Shown piece after piece: positions 37,031-50,310 of a stretch of 64,000 nucleotides of DNA. The DNA is from Felis catus. Its lineage: Eukaryota. Positions within the stretch are counted from its first letter, which is position 1, and each line of letters begins with the position of its first letter. The translations under genes were made by a program, and so were the position numbers. The notes under the pieces were generated by a model. The model saw nothing but the letters and a program-made list of their open reading frames with translations, was not told the origin of the DNA and made no database searches. The DNA lies in NCBI RefSeq assembly GCF_018350175.1, contig NC_058368.1:225930001-225994000 (forward strand). Reading direction: 5' to 3'.

Positions 37031-40000
37031 GAAATATGCACAACTAGATATATTACAAGCCGAGTGTGTGATAAGTGCTACAATAAAGGAGAAATCAAGT
37101 GCTCTGAGGACCCAAATGAAATGAAATTGAATTCTAACAGGAGCTTGGTGAGTGGAGAATTTCAGGATGGCTCTGGAGTTGAGTTTTAGGATTTCATGAG
37201 AGTCTCCGTCATTCAGCTCATTTGATGAGCAAGCACAGGGCCTTAAAGGCCCTGGGAGAGCATAGACATCAATGCGAACAATGGGATTGCTGAATCTGTG
37301 CACCCGGACGGAGAAACATCACATACACGTGCATGTGCACACAGTACAGACACAAGAGAAACCCAAAGTATGCGCCTGCCATACACGGTGTGCAGCATAC
37401 GGACTTGGTTTGGGCAGAGGACGCAGGAGGGACAAATCTGGGAGCACTCATCTGAGATGCTTTCCTAGAAGCTTGAAGGGTGATTGATAAAAATGAGAGC
37501 CAGGAGAATGGGAGCAATGTTTGGAAACAAGGTTATTTAAGATCTCAGCACAAGAAAGTAAAGCAGTTAGTGTGATCAGAATAAAGAAGGCTTATTGGAG
37601 CAGACACTTTCCGAGAGATTTGCCCCTAGGGAAATACACGAGTTGCGTTGAAGAATCCACAGGGGCATCAGAGGGTAAAAGGAAGCGTGGGGTTTAGGAA
37701 CAAGCCATTCCCTAGAGCTGGGTGGCCATGTCCTTCCTGTCAGGATATTCCTTTTTATATCCAAGATATAAGATCATAGTTTAACTGCAAATGTTAAGTC
37801 CGTTTAGAAAGTCTGCCGAGGATGCAGAACCCATTTCTCTTATGGTTAGAAAGAGACCGTGACATGATGTTCCAATGATACATCATTTATGTTTGAGCAC
37901 GAACATGTTTTCAAGTAGGTACGCTGAAGTTGGAAAATGAGTTTTATTTTGTAATCTACAATTATGTCTACTTTGTGAGTGTTTCCGTTCATGTAGAGAA
38001 GTTCAGTGGAAGGAAGGAGTAATTTCCTGGCCTACTTAATGGGTGGAAATATAGTTAATGGCCTCCAACATCTTGGCTTTAGTCAGGTTTCTTGTCTGAA
38101 GGAAAGTAAATGGCACGGTCTCAGCTCCGCGAGCGGAGGAGCCAGGGGCTGGAGAGGCGTCCTTGGCATGAAGAGAGAACCCCAGCACAGCGGGAGGAGC
38201 CTCTCCCTCCCCAGTGTGGCAGGCTCCTGAGCAGAGAGCCTGCACCATTTAACAGCCATGTCAGTTTATGGACCATCGTAAACTTAAGTCTCACCGAAGC
38301 ATGAATAAATAAATTAGCATCTTGAAAGTACATAACACGAAAAGGAAATAGAGAATAGCTATAGGGTCAAAAGAGTGCTCTAAAGTGCAGTGGTTCGGAT
38401 AATGCAAATGTTGAATCAGAGCTTCCCCTGCCCAGGTGAGCCCCTAAAAATAATATGAGCTCCACACACAGACATGAATTCCGCAGACCCGCTGGCATTT
38501 GAGAAGCAGAGAATTGGGAGCTATTTCTGCCACTCTTTTCTAGAATTCCCTTTTGCCATGAAAAGGCAAATTACAGAGAATTGTTTGGGGTGTAGATTTC
38601 CTCCTTCAGCCTCAGAGCAGAGCAAGGCCAAGGGCTCGCTTGACGACTCGTCTTGTGCTATTGGCCTCACTGACCTTCTCAAGAGTCTACTCCCAATAGA
38701 TTCTTGGGTGGGCTCATAAGTCAGCTGAACCAGATTCATTGCATTTTGTTCCCCCAAAGGAGCCTGGGCCTGGGAGTGATTCCATCACTCAGCTCCATTC
38801 CCGGCACCTCCAAATTGGCCCTGTGTGTTTCTGTGAGGATGGCCCTGAAGCTGCTTAAGACCCTTTCTCTCACACTGTGGGGGACAGTAAGTTTCTGTTT
38901 GCTGTTCTAAACGTGACCTAATTAGCTTCATGGGGTTGTAGCAACCTCCATGGGTGTCCTATTGAAGTTCAAAGGATACTAGAAAATGCACAACTTTCTC
39001 TTTTATTAAAGGGCGCGTTAAAAACATGTTCATCGTAACCCTGATTCGATTACAAATTGGTCTGTTTACTTAATTAATCTCTCTTTATCCCTATTTCCCC
39101 ATCTACCTCTGTCACATGACAAACATTCTGCCCTAGGACAGAAAACAAGTTGATAGGAATTTGGCTAATTGGGTGTCTGGGACAGCATCATTTCTATATA
39201 CTGATTTTCATTCACTTGAGAAATTAGACTGTGAGGCCAATTGGCAATTAAAGTAACCACACAATCCTGTAGATGACATCGTGTTCTAGTTATTTCTGTT
39301 ATGCAGACATGCAACCAGAGTTCCTAAGGAGACAGCCAAGTCCGTTTGATCCAATTCTTCCCCTATTGGCGAGTTCTTCCCAGGTGACTTGGGGTAAGGT
39401 AATGGAAGGGTCAGACACCCCCCGTCCCCCTAAACGGAGCCTAGCTTGAGGAGACCTTCCTTTCACAAGGCATCGGGCAGAGGGAGAACTGTAGGGGCTG
39501 CTGTCAGGACTGACTGCCGGGCCTGCTCTGCTCGGTGGTGGGAGCTCCTTGTGCTACGGGATGCACAGATCCTTCCACTAGCACGGTTGTCAACAGGTGC
39601 AATCAGGAAGGGCTTCCAGCGGGAAGCGTGGAACGTGAACGTGCAGTGCGGCTGATCCTGCAAATCCTCATCTTCCCGGGTGCCTTCGCCAGACGCAGCA
39701 CCACTGGCTCATTTTCCCCTGTGGGCAGAGGGCCAGCCTGACAGATGGCGAGGCGGGCCAGCAGCTGCCCAGAGATGGAGACTTGTTTCTGGAGAGTTGC
39801 ACTGGGAAAGGGCAGGCTGCCCGGCTTCAGTGAACTAAACCGTAATTCGATCTGAGCCCCTCTGCGGAGGTTGGAGGAGGCTCAGCTAAAGTACCTTGTC
39901 ACTAACTAAACGTGTGAATAAAGAGGTTGGAGGCATTCCGATTCAGCGCTTCGACCTTGCTTGATTCCAAGAAGTGGTAGGCTGCAATGAAATGATTCTG

Positions 40001-40719
40001 CTCTTCATCATGATTCTCTTTGTCCTCGGGGATGGGGGGGCCTGATCTGGGACGGGTGGTGGGTGGGGGAGGGGTGCTGGGCATGAATGAATAGGGTGAA
40101 TGTGAATTAAAGCATATTTCAGCACAGGTCCCGTGTCCTGGTGGATAACGGAGATTGAACAGCCGCATCACCCTGTGCAGGTGCTGACGGGGAGAGAATT
40201 GGGGAGCGCAGGCGGACGGGAGGTGCAAGTTTTCGGGGCTGAGTGCTGTGGGGACGGGGGGGGGGGGCTCTTTTGTGTATCGCAGTCCAGGTGCAGAGGA
40301 GATGAAAACTGATGTGCCTTTCTCAGATCCAGCCGTTGCTGTCAGGTTTGGTTTCTGTCGCCGAGGAGAGTTGTACCAGACTCAGAGTAGAACCCAGCCT
40401 CTCTCCGTGACCTTCCCTTGCTCAGCTGGCTTTGGAAAAAGAGTCTCAAACCTCCTTCGCTTGCCCTGAATCACTGCTTTGGAATGTGGGGGCCCTCGTT
40501 GTGTTCTTGGTCTCCGGGGCCTCCGCCAAAAGTCAGATAGAGTTTCGTTCTAACATTGGGTTATGTGTTTCCTCCCTGCGCAGGGCAATGGGGGAATATG
40601 GTCAGGGAAATGTGCCTTAGGGATTCACTTCACATTAAAAAATATTTACTGGGCGCTTAACACACATGCAAGAGTAGATTGGTGGCTGAAATAGATATTA
40701 GAGACGTATATTAATTCAC

Positions 40720-41500
40720 TGAATAATTAATTAGACAAGTATCTATTAAACACCTACTGTGGGCCAGGCACTGTGCTGAGTACTGAGCATACAGCAATTT
40801 AAAAAAAGGTCAAAATTCTTGTTCTCATGGAGCTTATACCATAGTGGGAGGAGTCTTGAAATAAACAAAAGAAATAGGTCAAGTAACAGGAGCGTGGGGG
40901 GGTGGGGTGAGACCGGACTCTCCAGCCAACTTCAGGGAGCTCACACCCCAGCTCCAGCACTTAATTGTGTGATGTTGGGCAAGCCACTTAATTTCTTGAC
41001 ATCTCTGTTCTCTCATTGGTGAATTGGAATCACTGGGGGACCCACCTTGCATTGTTGCTGGGAGGGTTAAATAAGATGGTGTTTGTAAAACTCTTAGAAC
41101 AAGGTCACATACAGTGAGCCCTTTAAAAGGGTTTGCTATTACAGTGTCTACGTTGGATGACGGTGAGTATTCAAGACAGAATGGATCTGGAAGGGACAGG
41201 GAGGGGAGGGTGGGTTAAATTTCACACTGGGCCCTCAGGGAAGGTCTCAGTGACAGGGGATATTAGAGCAAAGACCTAAGGAGGTGAGGGAAGGAAGTGG
41301 GAGGCCACCCCGGGAGGAGTTTGCCAGGTGGAGGAAGCTGCCAGGACAAAAGGTCCTTATTCCTCAGGAATCAGGATTATTAAAAAGAAAACCAGCCAGA
41401 GGCCAATGTGGCTGCGGTGAGCCAACGGGCATGTGACGGCACAGGGGGTGGCGGAGATGGGTCCCATAGGGCCCTGGAAGTCACTGTAAAGACAACTATG
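40720..41500 (-). mobile_element. L2 3' region with a MIR inserted at about 40880-41140
   Basis: CTATTAAACACCTACTGTGGGCCAGGCACTGTGCTGAG, CTCATGGAGCTTATA, TTAGAGCAAAGACCTAAGGAGGTGAGGGA. MIR part: TGTGTGATGTTGGGCAAGCCACTTAA. Confidence 0.75.
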
Positions 41501-41694
41501 GGGAAAGACCTCCTGACCTCAATAAGCTGATCACTTGCTTGGCAAAGATGACTGCCTCAAGGTGATTTTCGACAACAGTTGTGGGGTTTTGTGTTTAGAG
41601 CCTTGGGAATGTAATTAAAAATTGCTCCTCTCTACATTTAATATTTGGTTTATTATTCTGTGATAAGTTCCTGAGTTTCCCACTGTGCCTGTTC

Positions 41695-41696
<2 letters not shown>

Positions 41697-41727
<31 letters not shown>

Positions 41728-41745
41728 ACGCGCATGTGTGTGTGC
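41697..41745. repeat. (TG)n microsatellite with a GC/CA interruption
   Basis: Directly visible; alternating purine-pyrimidine. Confidence 0.9.
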
Positions 41746-43249
41746 ACAATAATTTAACATCAATAAGGGAAAAAAGAAAAGGAAAATGACCCATGATTCT
41801 GTCACCTGAGCAAAATAGCAGTCTTGATTTTACCACATTTTATACTGGAAACTTTTAAATAAAATGGGGTCATAATATCTCCTGGCAAGGTTGCTGGTAA
41901 TGGGACAAATATCGTTTGACTATGAAGGCACAGGGGGGTGGGGGTGGTCCTGGCACCAATGCCCTTCTCAGAATCTACATCGACAGAGGCTGGTGACCCT
42001 CGTGTGGAAAGACGAGCAAGGTCCACAGTGGGATTCAGGAATAAATAGGTGTGTTTGGCAGATGAGGAAGGTCCCACTCCAGCAGCCAGGTTGCTGGGAG
42101 GGAGAACAAGCCACCAAAGGGGAAAAAAGTCATCATAAAATAAAAGAAAATCGGGAATCTCCGTTTTATGGAGGAGGAAACCGGGGTTGTGAGTATAACC
42201 CGACCACTAGCTCCTTACTCGCTTGTGTGAGGTCACATCCACCAGATAACACTGAGAGAGGGATTGCTGGACACCAGCGGGAGCTGCTCAGAACAGAGAC
42301 CTGAGAAGCAGAGTCAGACTCTGAGGTGTGGTGTCCATATGACTTGGAGCTCCACATGTGACTTGGAGGCCATCTCTGCAGACCTGAGGGAGGTCTGCCT
42401 TGAATGGATCCACTCCCCTGGAAACTCGCTGGAATCCTGGGGTGTGGGGAGCTGACTTTGCAAGGCAATGGTGTGCCTGTGAAGCTTATTTGCTTGAGAC
42501 CTGGGGAGTCCGATTCAGGGGGAGAGGTGACCCCCACAATATGTGCCTGGTCCACAAAATACGCCCAGTAAAATGGAAGCCAGTATTCTTCTATCCATGT
42601 TCTGCCTCTTATGTTTTAAATTAAACAGAAGCCAATGCCACTGCAAGGTACTCATTGACCATGAGGGACAATTCACAGCAACAAATATTTATTGCGGACT
42701 AGCTGAGCTCCCTTATAGGGCAGGGATGGGCATTTAATTAGATTGATGCCTAATTTGTCAGGACGATTAAGTGTTCCCTCAAGAGTAGGTGAGTTAAGCG
42801 ACAAAAGGCAAGTGCAGACAGAGGGCTGTGGGGGAACCAAGAGTATGCGATCGTGTGATCCGATGATCACATGATGAGGATAAGCCTCACATGATGATGT
42901 GATCACATGGTCAAGGTAGGCTTCAGGGAGCAGGATGGGTTCTAAAGATAAGAATAGGATTTCTACAGATGGAAGAAGGAGATGGAAGCCCGTTCCTGGT
43001 GAAGGGACTGGCAGTCCCAAAGGGAAGGTGTGGAACCTCTCAGGAGACTGCGGGGGTCTGGGAGACTGGGCAGTGGATGAGACGAAGGGAGGAAATCCTG
43101 GGGGTCCTGCTGGAGAGAAAGGTGGGGTTTGAACCTAATTTAGTGGCCGCATGGTTGTTTTTTGAGAGGAGCGACTTAGCCTAATGCAGATGACTCCAGG
43201 AAAAAAACCATGGAGCAGAAATGAATGTCTGGCATGGACTAGTGTAGGG

Positions 43250-44390
43250 AGACACAAGAACCAGGAATAGCTGTTTAGAATCCACTCATGAGTGTGAAAA
43301 CTAACACTTTGTGGGGCATCTACTCTGTGCCAGATTCCTTTGCCAGGGGCATGTGACCTTGTCCTTGAGGATAGGTTAAGTAATTCACTGGAGGTCACAG
43401 AGCTGACCAAGGGCATTGCTGGGATTATAGGTGGTGGCAGCCTTACTTCTAGAAGCTTAGAGAACACCTGCTCTGTGTTGCTATTGGTAGAAGAAACAAT
43501 GGCCCGAATTCAGGGGCAACAGAAGAGATGGCAAGCAGGGAAAGGATTGGAGAAAATGCGTGAGGTTGAAGCTTCATGATTTGGCAAACACCTGCCCAAA
43601 AAAGGATGGGAGAAATCCAGGAGAATGCCAAGGTTTGGGTTGTGGACAGTTGGGAAATAGTGAATCTATAATAGAAATAAGGAAATCATGCACAAAAAAA
43701 AGGATTTTGGGGGAAAGATATTGGACATGTAGAGTTTAAGGGACTAGGCAGTGTTTCTTACCTCTGGGGGCACATTGCAATCCCCTGAGTTGTTAAAAAA
43801 ATTGAGTTCGTGGGTTCCAGCCAGACCACTAAATGAGACTCTCCAGGGTGGAGACAGCTTACCAGTATTTTGTAAAAATTTGCAGGTGAGTCCAATGTGC
43901 TGTCAGGGCTGGAAACCTCTTCTTGGAAAAAGTCCTAGGCACCGATGCTCCCAAGAAATTTAAAGTCTAGAGAGAAATATCTGGGAGCCAGTTGCACAGG
44001 GGTGAGAATTGAAGTCATGAGATTGGACGAGAACATTTAGGGAGAGTAAATAAGAACTAAAAAAAAAAAAAGCCTATCATTGTCTCAAAGGAAATTAGGA
44101 CAAACAGTATGAATGGGTCTCCACAAATCCTTCACCGGTGTGAGGAAGCTGCTCAAAACCTCTGCTACGTTCACAAAGGGAATAAAGGAAGAAATGCAGG
44201 ATTGAGATTTGGGAAATCTGGATCTCACAGTTGATACTCTCTGGTGGTGGGATCTTAACCATTCATTCATTTGAAGAACAATTACTGAGCACCTGTTATG
44301 TGCCAGGCATTAACATGGGGAGAAGGAATATAGAGCAGTGAACAAAACTGGAAATCCCTGCCCTCCTTGCGCTTATATTTTAATTAAAGA
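43250..44390 (-). mobile_element. Series of degraded L2 fragments
   Basis: Purine-rich blocks (TTGGACATGTAGAGTTTAAG, GAAGTCATGAGATTGGA) and a 3' end CATTCATTCATT..TTACTGAGCACCTGTTATGTGCCAGGCA at 44260. Confidence 0.6.
43749..43921. mobile_element. MER5A-like MITE
   Basis: CAGTGTTTCTTA...CACATTGCAATCCCCTG...CAGGTGAGTCCAATGTGC...GGAAACCTCT. Confidence 0.75.
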
Positions 44391-44519
44391 GATTGGCCTA
44401 GATTAACTCCCAGATTTCTTCTTGTATGTCAGGAGTAGGGGAAGTGCAAACCTCCAGCATGCCCACAAGTAGTGATAATCTATGGAGACACCTATTATCT
44501 ATGGGGATAAAAGTAACTA

Positions 44520-44950
44520 CATGGATGTTTTCTTCTGGATTCAGTTTACCCTCCTCCACCTTGCTCTGGGCCCTGATAAGTGATCTGAGTGGACTGCATC
44601 AATGAGTCCCTCGTACTTTGGCTTCTAGGTGACTTTGACCAATGGGAGTGGGGGCATTGCTAGGGGACTGGAGGGTGGGAAGTCCAGGCATTTACCCCTT
44701 CAGATCTCTCCCTGCGAAATCACTACAGGTTTGCTGTGTCCCTCTACTGAAGGCTATCAGCCTAGCAGGTGGTCCTTGTCACTTCCTGTCAGGAATCTTG
44801 TAACTGCTTCTTCCCTGGCCCAATTAAGTCTTAGAATGAAACAACCCTGTTCCTTGTTGATTTCCATAAACTCCACCCACATCTTTGCAAATCTCCTTGC
44901 TAAATGCTTCCATCACATCAGTTTAAGTATGTCATTTGTTTCCTGTGTTT
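44520..44950 (+). mobile_element. ERVL LTR (LTR33-like)
   Basis: CCACCTTGCTCTG, GGACTGCATCAA, TGGCTTC..TTTGACCAATGGGAG, GTGTCCCTCTACTGAAGG; ends GTCATTTGTTTCCTG. Confidence 0.72.
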
Positions 44951-44959
44951 CCATGTGAG

Positions 44960-45154
44960 TTTTTTAAAAAAATAAAAAAAGGTTTTATTTATTTATTTTG
45001 AGAGAGCTGGAGCATGAGCGGGGGAGGGGCAGAAGGAGCAGAGTGGAGAATCTTAAGCAGGCTCCATGCTTAATGGAGCTTGATCGCATGACCTTGAGAT
45101 CATGACCTGAGCTGAAATCAAGAGTCGGATGCTGACTGAGCCACCCAGGTGCCC
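44960..45154 (-). mobile_element. Can-SINE
   Basis: TSD TTCC(A/C)TGTGAG at 44949 and 45155. Confidence 0.92.
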
Positions 45155-45571
45155 TTCCCTGTGAGATTTAATAAAATATTCTCTGTTCATTGTTAAAACT
45201 CATTGATGGACAATCCAACTTTGAAACTACTATTACGTAGAATTCTTTTCACTAGATGAGATTGCTTTCACTTTTTTTTACTGGGTCCTAAAGTATGTCA
45301 ATTAGAAAGTTCTCCTAATAATTGCTCTTTGCATCTAGGAATCCTTTTCAATTCCAAACCTGAATGTATTTACAGTCAATTATTTCTTCTCTTCCTTTTG
45401 CTCACTTGTCGAATTAGACTTTCAGCAGTTTCTGACTTGACTTTCCTGTTGGAAAAATCAAAGGAAAAAACAATATCCTGGATGGTGGTGGTGCCAGGAG
45501 CAAAAATACTTAAGTAGGAAGTGAGGGACATTCATCCCTAATTGCGAAAGAGAGGAACTTTTGGTCTCATC

Positions 45572-45734
45572 TGTGTGCATCTCAAACATGGCTGCACATC
45601 CGAAGCACCTGGTACATGAGCCCCACCACCAGAGATTCTGGTGTAACTGGTCTGGGGACTTCACTGAGCAACCCCTCAGCAACATTCCCTGAGCAACGTC
45701 CAATGAGAAGCCAAGATCAAAAACCTCTGGTCTA
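45572..45734. mobile_element. MER5A-like MITE
   Basis: CTCAAACATGGCTGCACATCCGAAGCACCTGG...CCCCACCACCAGAGATTCTG...AAAACCTCTGGTCTA. Confidence 0.7.
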
Positions 45735-46384
45735 GCAACATTAAAGACTTGTAGATTCTCAAATTTACCGTCTTGTTCCATGTCTTTGCTTATGTTACTT
45801 CCGACTTCATTTCAATGCATCTTCCCCTTGGAAGCCTTCCCTGATTTCCTTGGCCAGGTCTCTCCTTTGCTATTGTAGCATTGTCTAGTTTGTACCGAAT
45901 GGGTCTATATCTGTGTCTACATCCAGATAGTGCATAATTATTCCTTAAAAATACCCTTTTTTTTTTTTTTTTTTTTTGCCTGGAAGCATCTATACGCCTT
46001 CTCCAATTAGGGAGAATCCCCCATCGTGTAAGTCTGATGAAGCCCCAGGAGCAGATACTTACTAGGTTGGACTTGAAAATTTTAATCTTGGGAGACTATC
46101 AAGAAGTCAGTGAGATTTCAGTTTTTTCACCATCCAGGTGTGGTGGCAATGGTAGTGACCCCCTCAGCAGTGTTCCAGGGCAGGCTGTCACAACTAGTGA
46201 CTCAACCAGCGTGTTTTTCAACATGCTTTTGGCAATGGTAGCCTCTCTTGGTTCCATTGTGAGTGTCCAGCTATCCTGGTGATTCTTTCAGCCACTCAGT
46301 AACTTTACAAATATATTTTTTATTAAAAATAGCCAGAATGGTTTCTGTCACTGGCAACCAAGAGGACTAATCAATATTTTACCC

Positions 46385-46497
46385 TACTAGGATTATCTAC
46401 TTCTCAAGGGTATGGACCGTGTCTTCATCCTTTGTTGTGCCAGGGTCTGGTGCATGATACATTCACAATAAATGCTGAACATTTGAACAATGAACAA
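46385..46497 (+). mobile_element. L2 3' terminus
   Basis: CAAGGGTATGGACCGTGTCTTC...CAATAAATGCTGAAC. Confidence 0.6.
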
Positions 46498-47145
46498 GGT
46501 TCATTATAAACTTTATAACCCTCTCAGAAACCATCTGTGAGAACTTGCTTAAATATATTAGATGCACTGTTTTCCAATGGTCTATAATACATCTTTCATT
46601 TCACAATATGCCATTAGACTGTCAACATAATTTTTGTGGATGCAGTCTTTTATCTTTTTGAAGGTGTTGAAGAAAAAAAAATCTTTGATGTCATCTACCC
46701 GCTGACCAAGCCAAGTGTTCTTGGGTGAGTTGTACGGAGCCAGATGCAAATAATTAGGAGCCAAAGGCACACCTCCTTCCTTCTTCCTCTCAACTTTCCT
46801 CCCTTATATTCTCCACCAGATATATTCTCCTGCCCCTCCTCCCTGACTTGCTTTGATAGATTGCTGACTTCACAGCTGCCACCATGGAGTCCCAGACTCC
46901 TGGCTCCCTGAGGGCACCACATCCTGCTAGACTGCACACTCATTACAGGATGTGCTGAGTCTAGACATCCACCGTCAACACCAAGTTTTATCTTATGCCC
47001 ACGAGACCCATGGTGCACATCATCTCAATGAAAAGTTCTTAGACCGGGAATAAGGGGAAGCAGAGGAAGTAAATGCATGACGATCACTCCCTGCTCTTAA
47101 TTGCATTTCTCTGTTTCCACCAGACAGCGCTCACCTCTGTTTTAT

Positions 47146-47205
47146 CTCTCTCTCTCTCTCCCTCTCTCCCTCTCCCTCTCCCTCTCCCTCCCTCCCTCTT
47201 TCTCC
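47146..47205. repeat. (CT)n/(CCCTCT)n pyrimidine tract
   Basis: Directly visible. Confidence 0.9.
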
Positions 47206-49911
47206 ACTGTCTTCCAGCTCCATTTCAGATCAGGGGGAAAATAGCAATTCGTGTGTAGCACTAGAGAAAAAGGAGAGATGTGTGGGATGGGGGTGTGGGG
47301 AGAGAGTGGGGTGCAGAGGAAAAGTGGAAAGAAAGAAATAAAGGCAAAGCCTATCCACTAGGTTAAAACTTTTTGACACCACGGGAAAGGCCTGAAGTCT
47401 GCCAGGATCTGCAGCAAAAGAACAAGGGAGCACCTGGAAGAATGTTTTTTGGGGGGAATTCTGTGATGAGCAGTTAAACCATCGCTTTTATATTCCGCTT
47501 GAATTTCTTCTCATCTTCCTCCAATCTTGAACAAGTGGACCAATGACTTGAGTACATTATTATGCTAGTAACCAGTGCAACCTTATCCTTCTACTGTAAG
47601 CACTGATTTTCACCTAACACTAGAAGGAGATTTCTCAGACCTTCATTTAAAGAAGCAGCTGGATTGCATCGGGGGAAAAAGAATCACTCCTACTCCTAAC
47701 TCTTGATATAAAAACGACAAACTATTAGAGCTGACAGGCCATAAAATCATTTAATTCAATCCTTCCCTTTGCAGAGAAAGAAATGAGACACAGACATTTT
47801 GAGTACACAGCTGTTTGACAGAAGAGCTCGGAATAGAGACTGTTTTACTGAGTCATGATAAGAGCGGTGAAGAGTATAAAGTCAAAGAGGAAGAGAAGAT
47901 GATTGGGTTGGGGAAGCTCGTGTTAATAATTTATTCTGTATTTGTGTTGTTCGAATTTGAGAATGCTTTTTGATCAATTATTCATGGCTGAAGAAGGTAG
48001 AGAAAACATCGGATGCCATAGTACATCTGATCTGACCCTTTGGGGAAGAACCATTCCCTTGGTCCAGCCGTAGTGCAATGAAATTAGCCCATCAAGGGTC
48101 TTTGGATATGTTCAGTGAGCCTCTTCCACAGACATCCTGAACCACCCTGGAAAATAAAGACAACATCTGCCTCGAGGGACAGTTATACATCCTTTTGCAT
48201 AGCAAGCCTGAAGAAATGTCTGCTTCTTGAAATTAGTTGACGGTCTCTCTGGGGGGTCTGCCAGGTGAACATGACACACTGGGTGTCTGCATGTTGCAAA
48301 AGCAAGAGGCTGTGTGCCTCCCAGGGTGACAGGGACATTAGTGAAAACAAGATAGAAAATCATGACTGGTGACCTGTACTGATTCAGCACCTCATACACT
48401 CCCCTCTCATTAGTAGATACTTAACAAAAAGGATTGATGAACAAAGAGTGAGCGAAGGAGCGAATGTTAATGAGTAGAAGCTGGTGACCACTTCCAGGGA
48501 ACAGAAGATAAATTTCCCAGCACATAAAGTAAAATCACCTGAAGTGCCAGCCATATGTTTCATCTTTTCGTTCTAAGGTCCTTAGGCATCAAAGGTTGTG
48601 GACTATATTCGAGACTAAGACCTGTTATCTCGAGTTCTGTCTGATTAAACTTGTGTATGTGACTCCTCTACTACGTGGCTGAGGTTGGGAATTGACCACA
48701 GGGCTATGTGTTAGAAACGTGGCTTATGATCTCAAAAACAAGGTCTAAGTCTTTTAAGCAACAGAAGTTTTTATAAAAGAATGAAAATCAATTAAACATG
48801 GGTAGCTGGTCAGGCAGGCATGATATCTAAAATCATGATGTGTCTTTTTTTTTTTTTTTTTTTGGTTCTGGCTTTTATGAGATTTACTTTTCAGTTTGGC
48901 CAAACTAATGAAAAGAATTACAGGATGGTGTTTGTAGATTTCTGCTTAAGTAGATGCCCAAGGTTCTGGAATAAAAGAATGGAACAAAATCTTGGGGTTG
49001 AGTGAATTACATATACCTAATATATATTTAGAAATGAATAGACAGACAAATGTCTATATATAATAATATCATTAAGCTAGCAGAGTTTCTTTTGTTAAAA
49101 TGGAAACTAAGCAGAAGGGCGGTAGTGCAATTTCTGAAACTAGACTGTAATTATATCTTATTTGTAGGTAGGCACAACAAATGAAAGTAGTAAGGCAGTG
49201 AGTTTGCTTTGGCCTCTGTGTCTACCCATCCCCCCATCGTCCCCCAGCCTCCTCCTCCAACCAAATCAATGAATTTGCGAATACTGAGTTGGAATTCGGC
49301 CAGGAATATCTGAAAATGCCGTCTCACATTGCCTGAATCTATAAGGAGGAAATTATTCAGACGATTGATGCTCTTTAGGGCAGAACATTAAATTGATCCT
49401 TTGGCAAGGAGTAGCTCATGTAACTTAACACAGCAATTCCCATAAATACCAATGTGATTATCAACCGAAGTATGACTTACCTATTTCTCAAAACTAGACA
49501 AGAAACCGTTCCGTGTATGTTTTTGTGTAGTTGCTACGTTTAATATGTGTGTATCTTGACTTGCTCAAACCAGCCACGGCATAAATTACACTAATGAAAG
49601 TGCTTTGTCAAGTATGCAATGGGCTTGATGAAACACTTCCATTGTTAAGACTTTTTTTTTCAAGCACATACCTTTCAAGTAAAATTATCCTCTAGATTGA
49701 TATGTCTTCTTTGCTTTTTCTTGGTTAAGTGGAATTCTTTCTTCAACAGAAAGTTTTATTATATTCCCTTCTGCAACATGACTATATTTTAATGGTTTAA
49801 ACTTGCAGAAAGCATATTTCCAACCATCGCTTTCTTATTTTGAACCTAAAATATTTGTAAAACTTTTCTCTCCCCGTATGGCATTTCTTGCATTAACTGG
49901 TTTATTCATAA

Positions 49912-50240
49912 GTTCATCTGTTCATTCCTTCAATAAATATTTGAGTGTCTGCCTTGTGCCAGACCCCGTGTCCCAGACACTAGGTGTTCACTAGTAAGCC
50001 AAACAACCATGGTCCTAGGTAATGACAAAGAAAAATAAAAAAGAGTAATTCAACAGGTAAGCAAGGCATTGGGTAAGTGCCATTTTAGAGCTGTCAGGGC
50101 ACGCTTCCCTGGGGGTGTAACATTTGAACAGAGACCAGAATGAAGTACGAAATGAGCCAAGCAGATGTCTGAGGGGAGAAGGCTCGAGGCAGACAACAGG
50201 TGCAGAGATCTCGAAGAGAGAGCATAATGGGCATTTTTAC
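49912..50240 (-). mobile_element. L2 3' fragment
   Basis: TTCATTCCTTCAATAAATATTTGAGTGTCTGCCTTGTGCCAGAC...ACATTTGAACAGAGACC. Confidence 0.75.
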
Positions 50241-50310
50241 ATAAAATGTACATGATTTCCTCTTTACTTCTTGAGAGCATCTTCTTTTAAGAATAACTCT
50301 ATGGTGGGGG

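Noticed and set aside
38760..38892. Plus-strand exon-like segment ending in GTAAGT
   Set aside because: Weak AAG acceptor, no recognisable peptide and no partner exons.
42845..42912. Degenerate GATCACATGATGA repeats
   Set aside because: Short local duplication with about three imperfect copies and no regular repeat-spacer structure; not CRISPR-like.
49481..49493. 13-nt minus-strand micro-exon candidate
   Set aside because: Not frame-preserving, with a short pyrimidine tract and an A/C-rich upstream intron.
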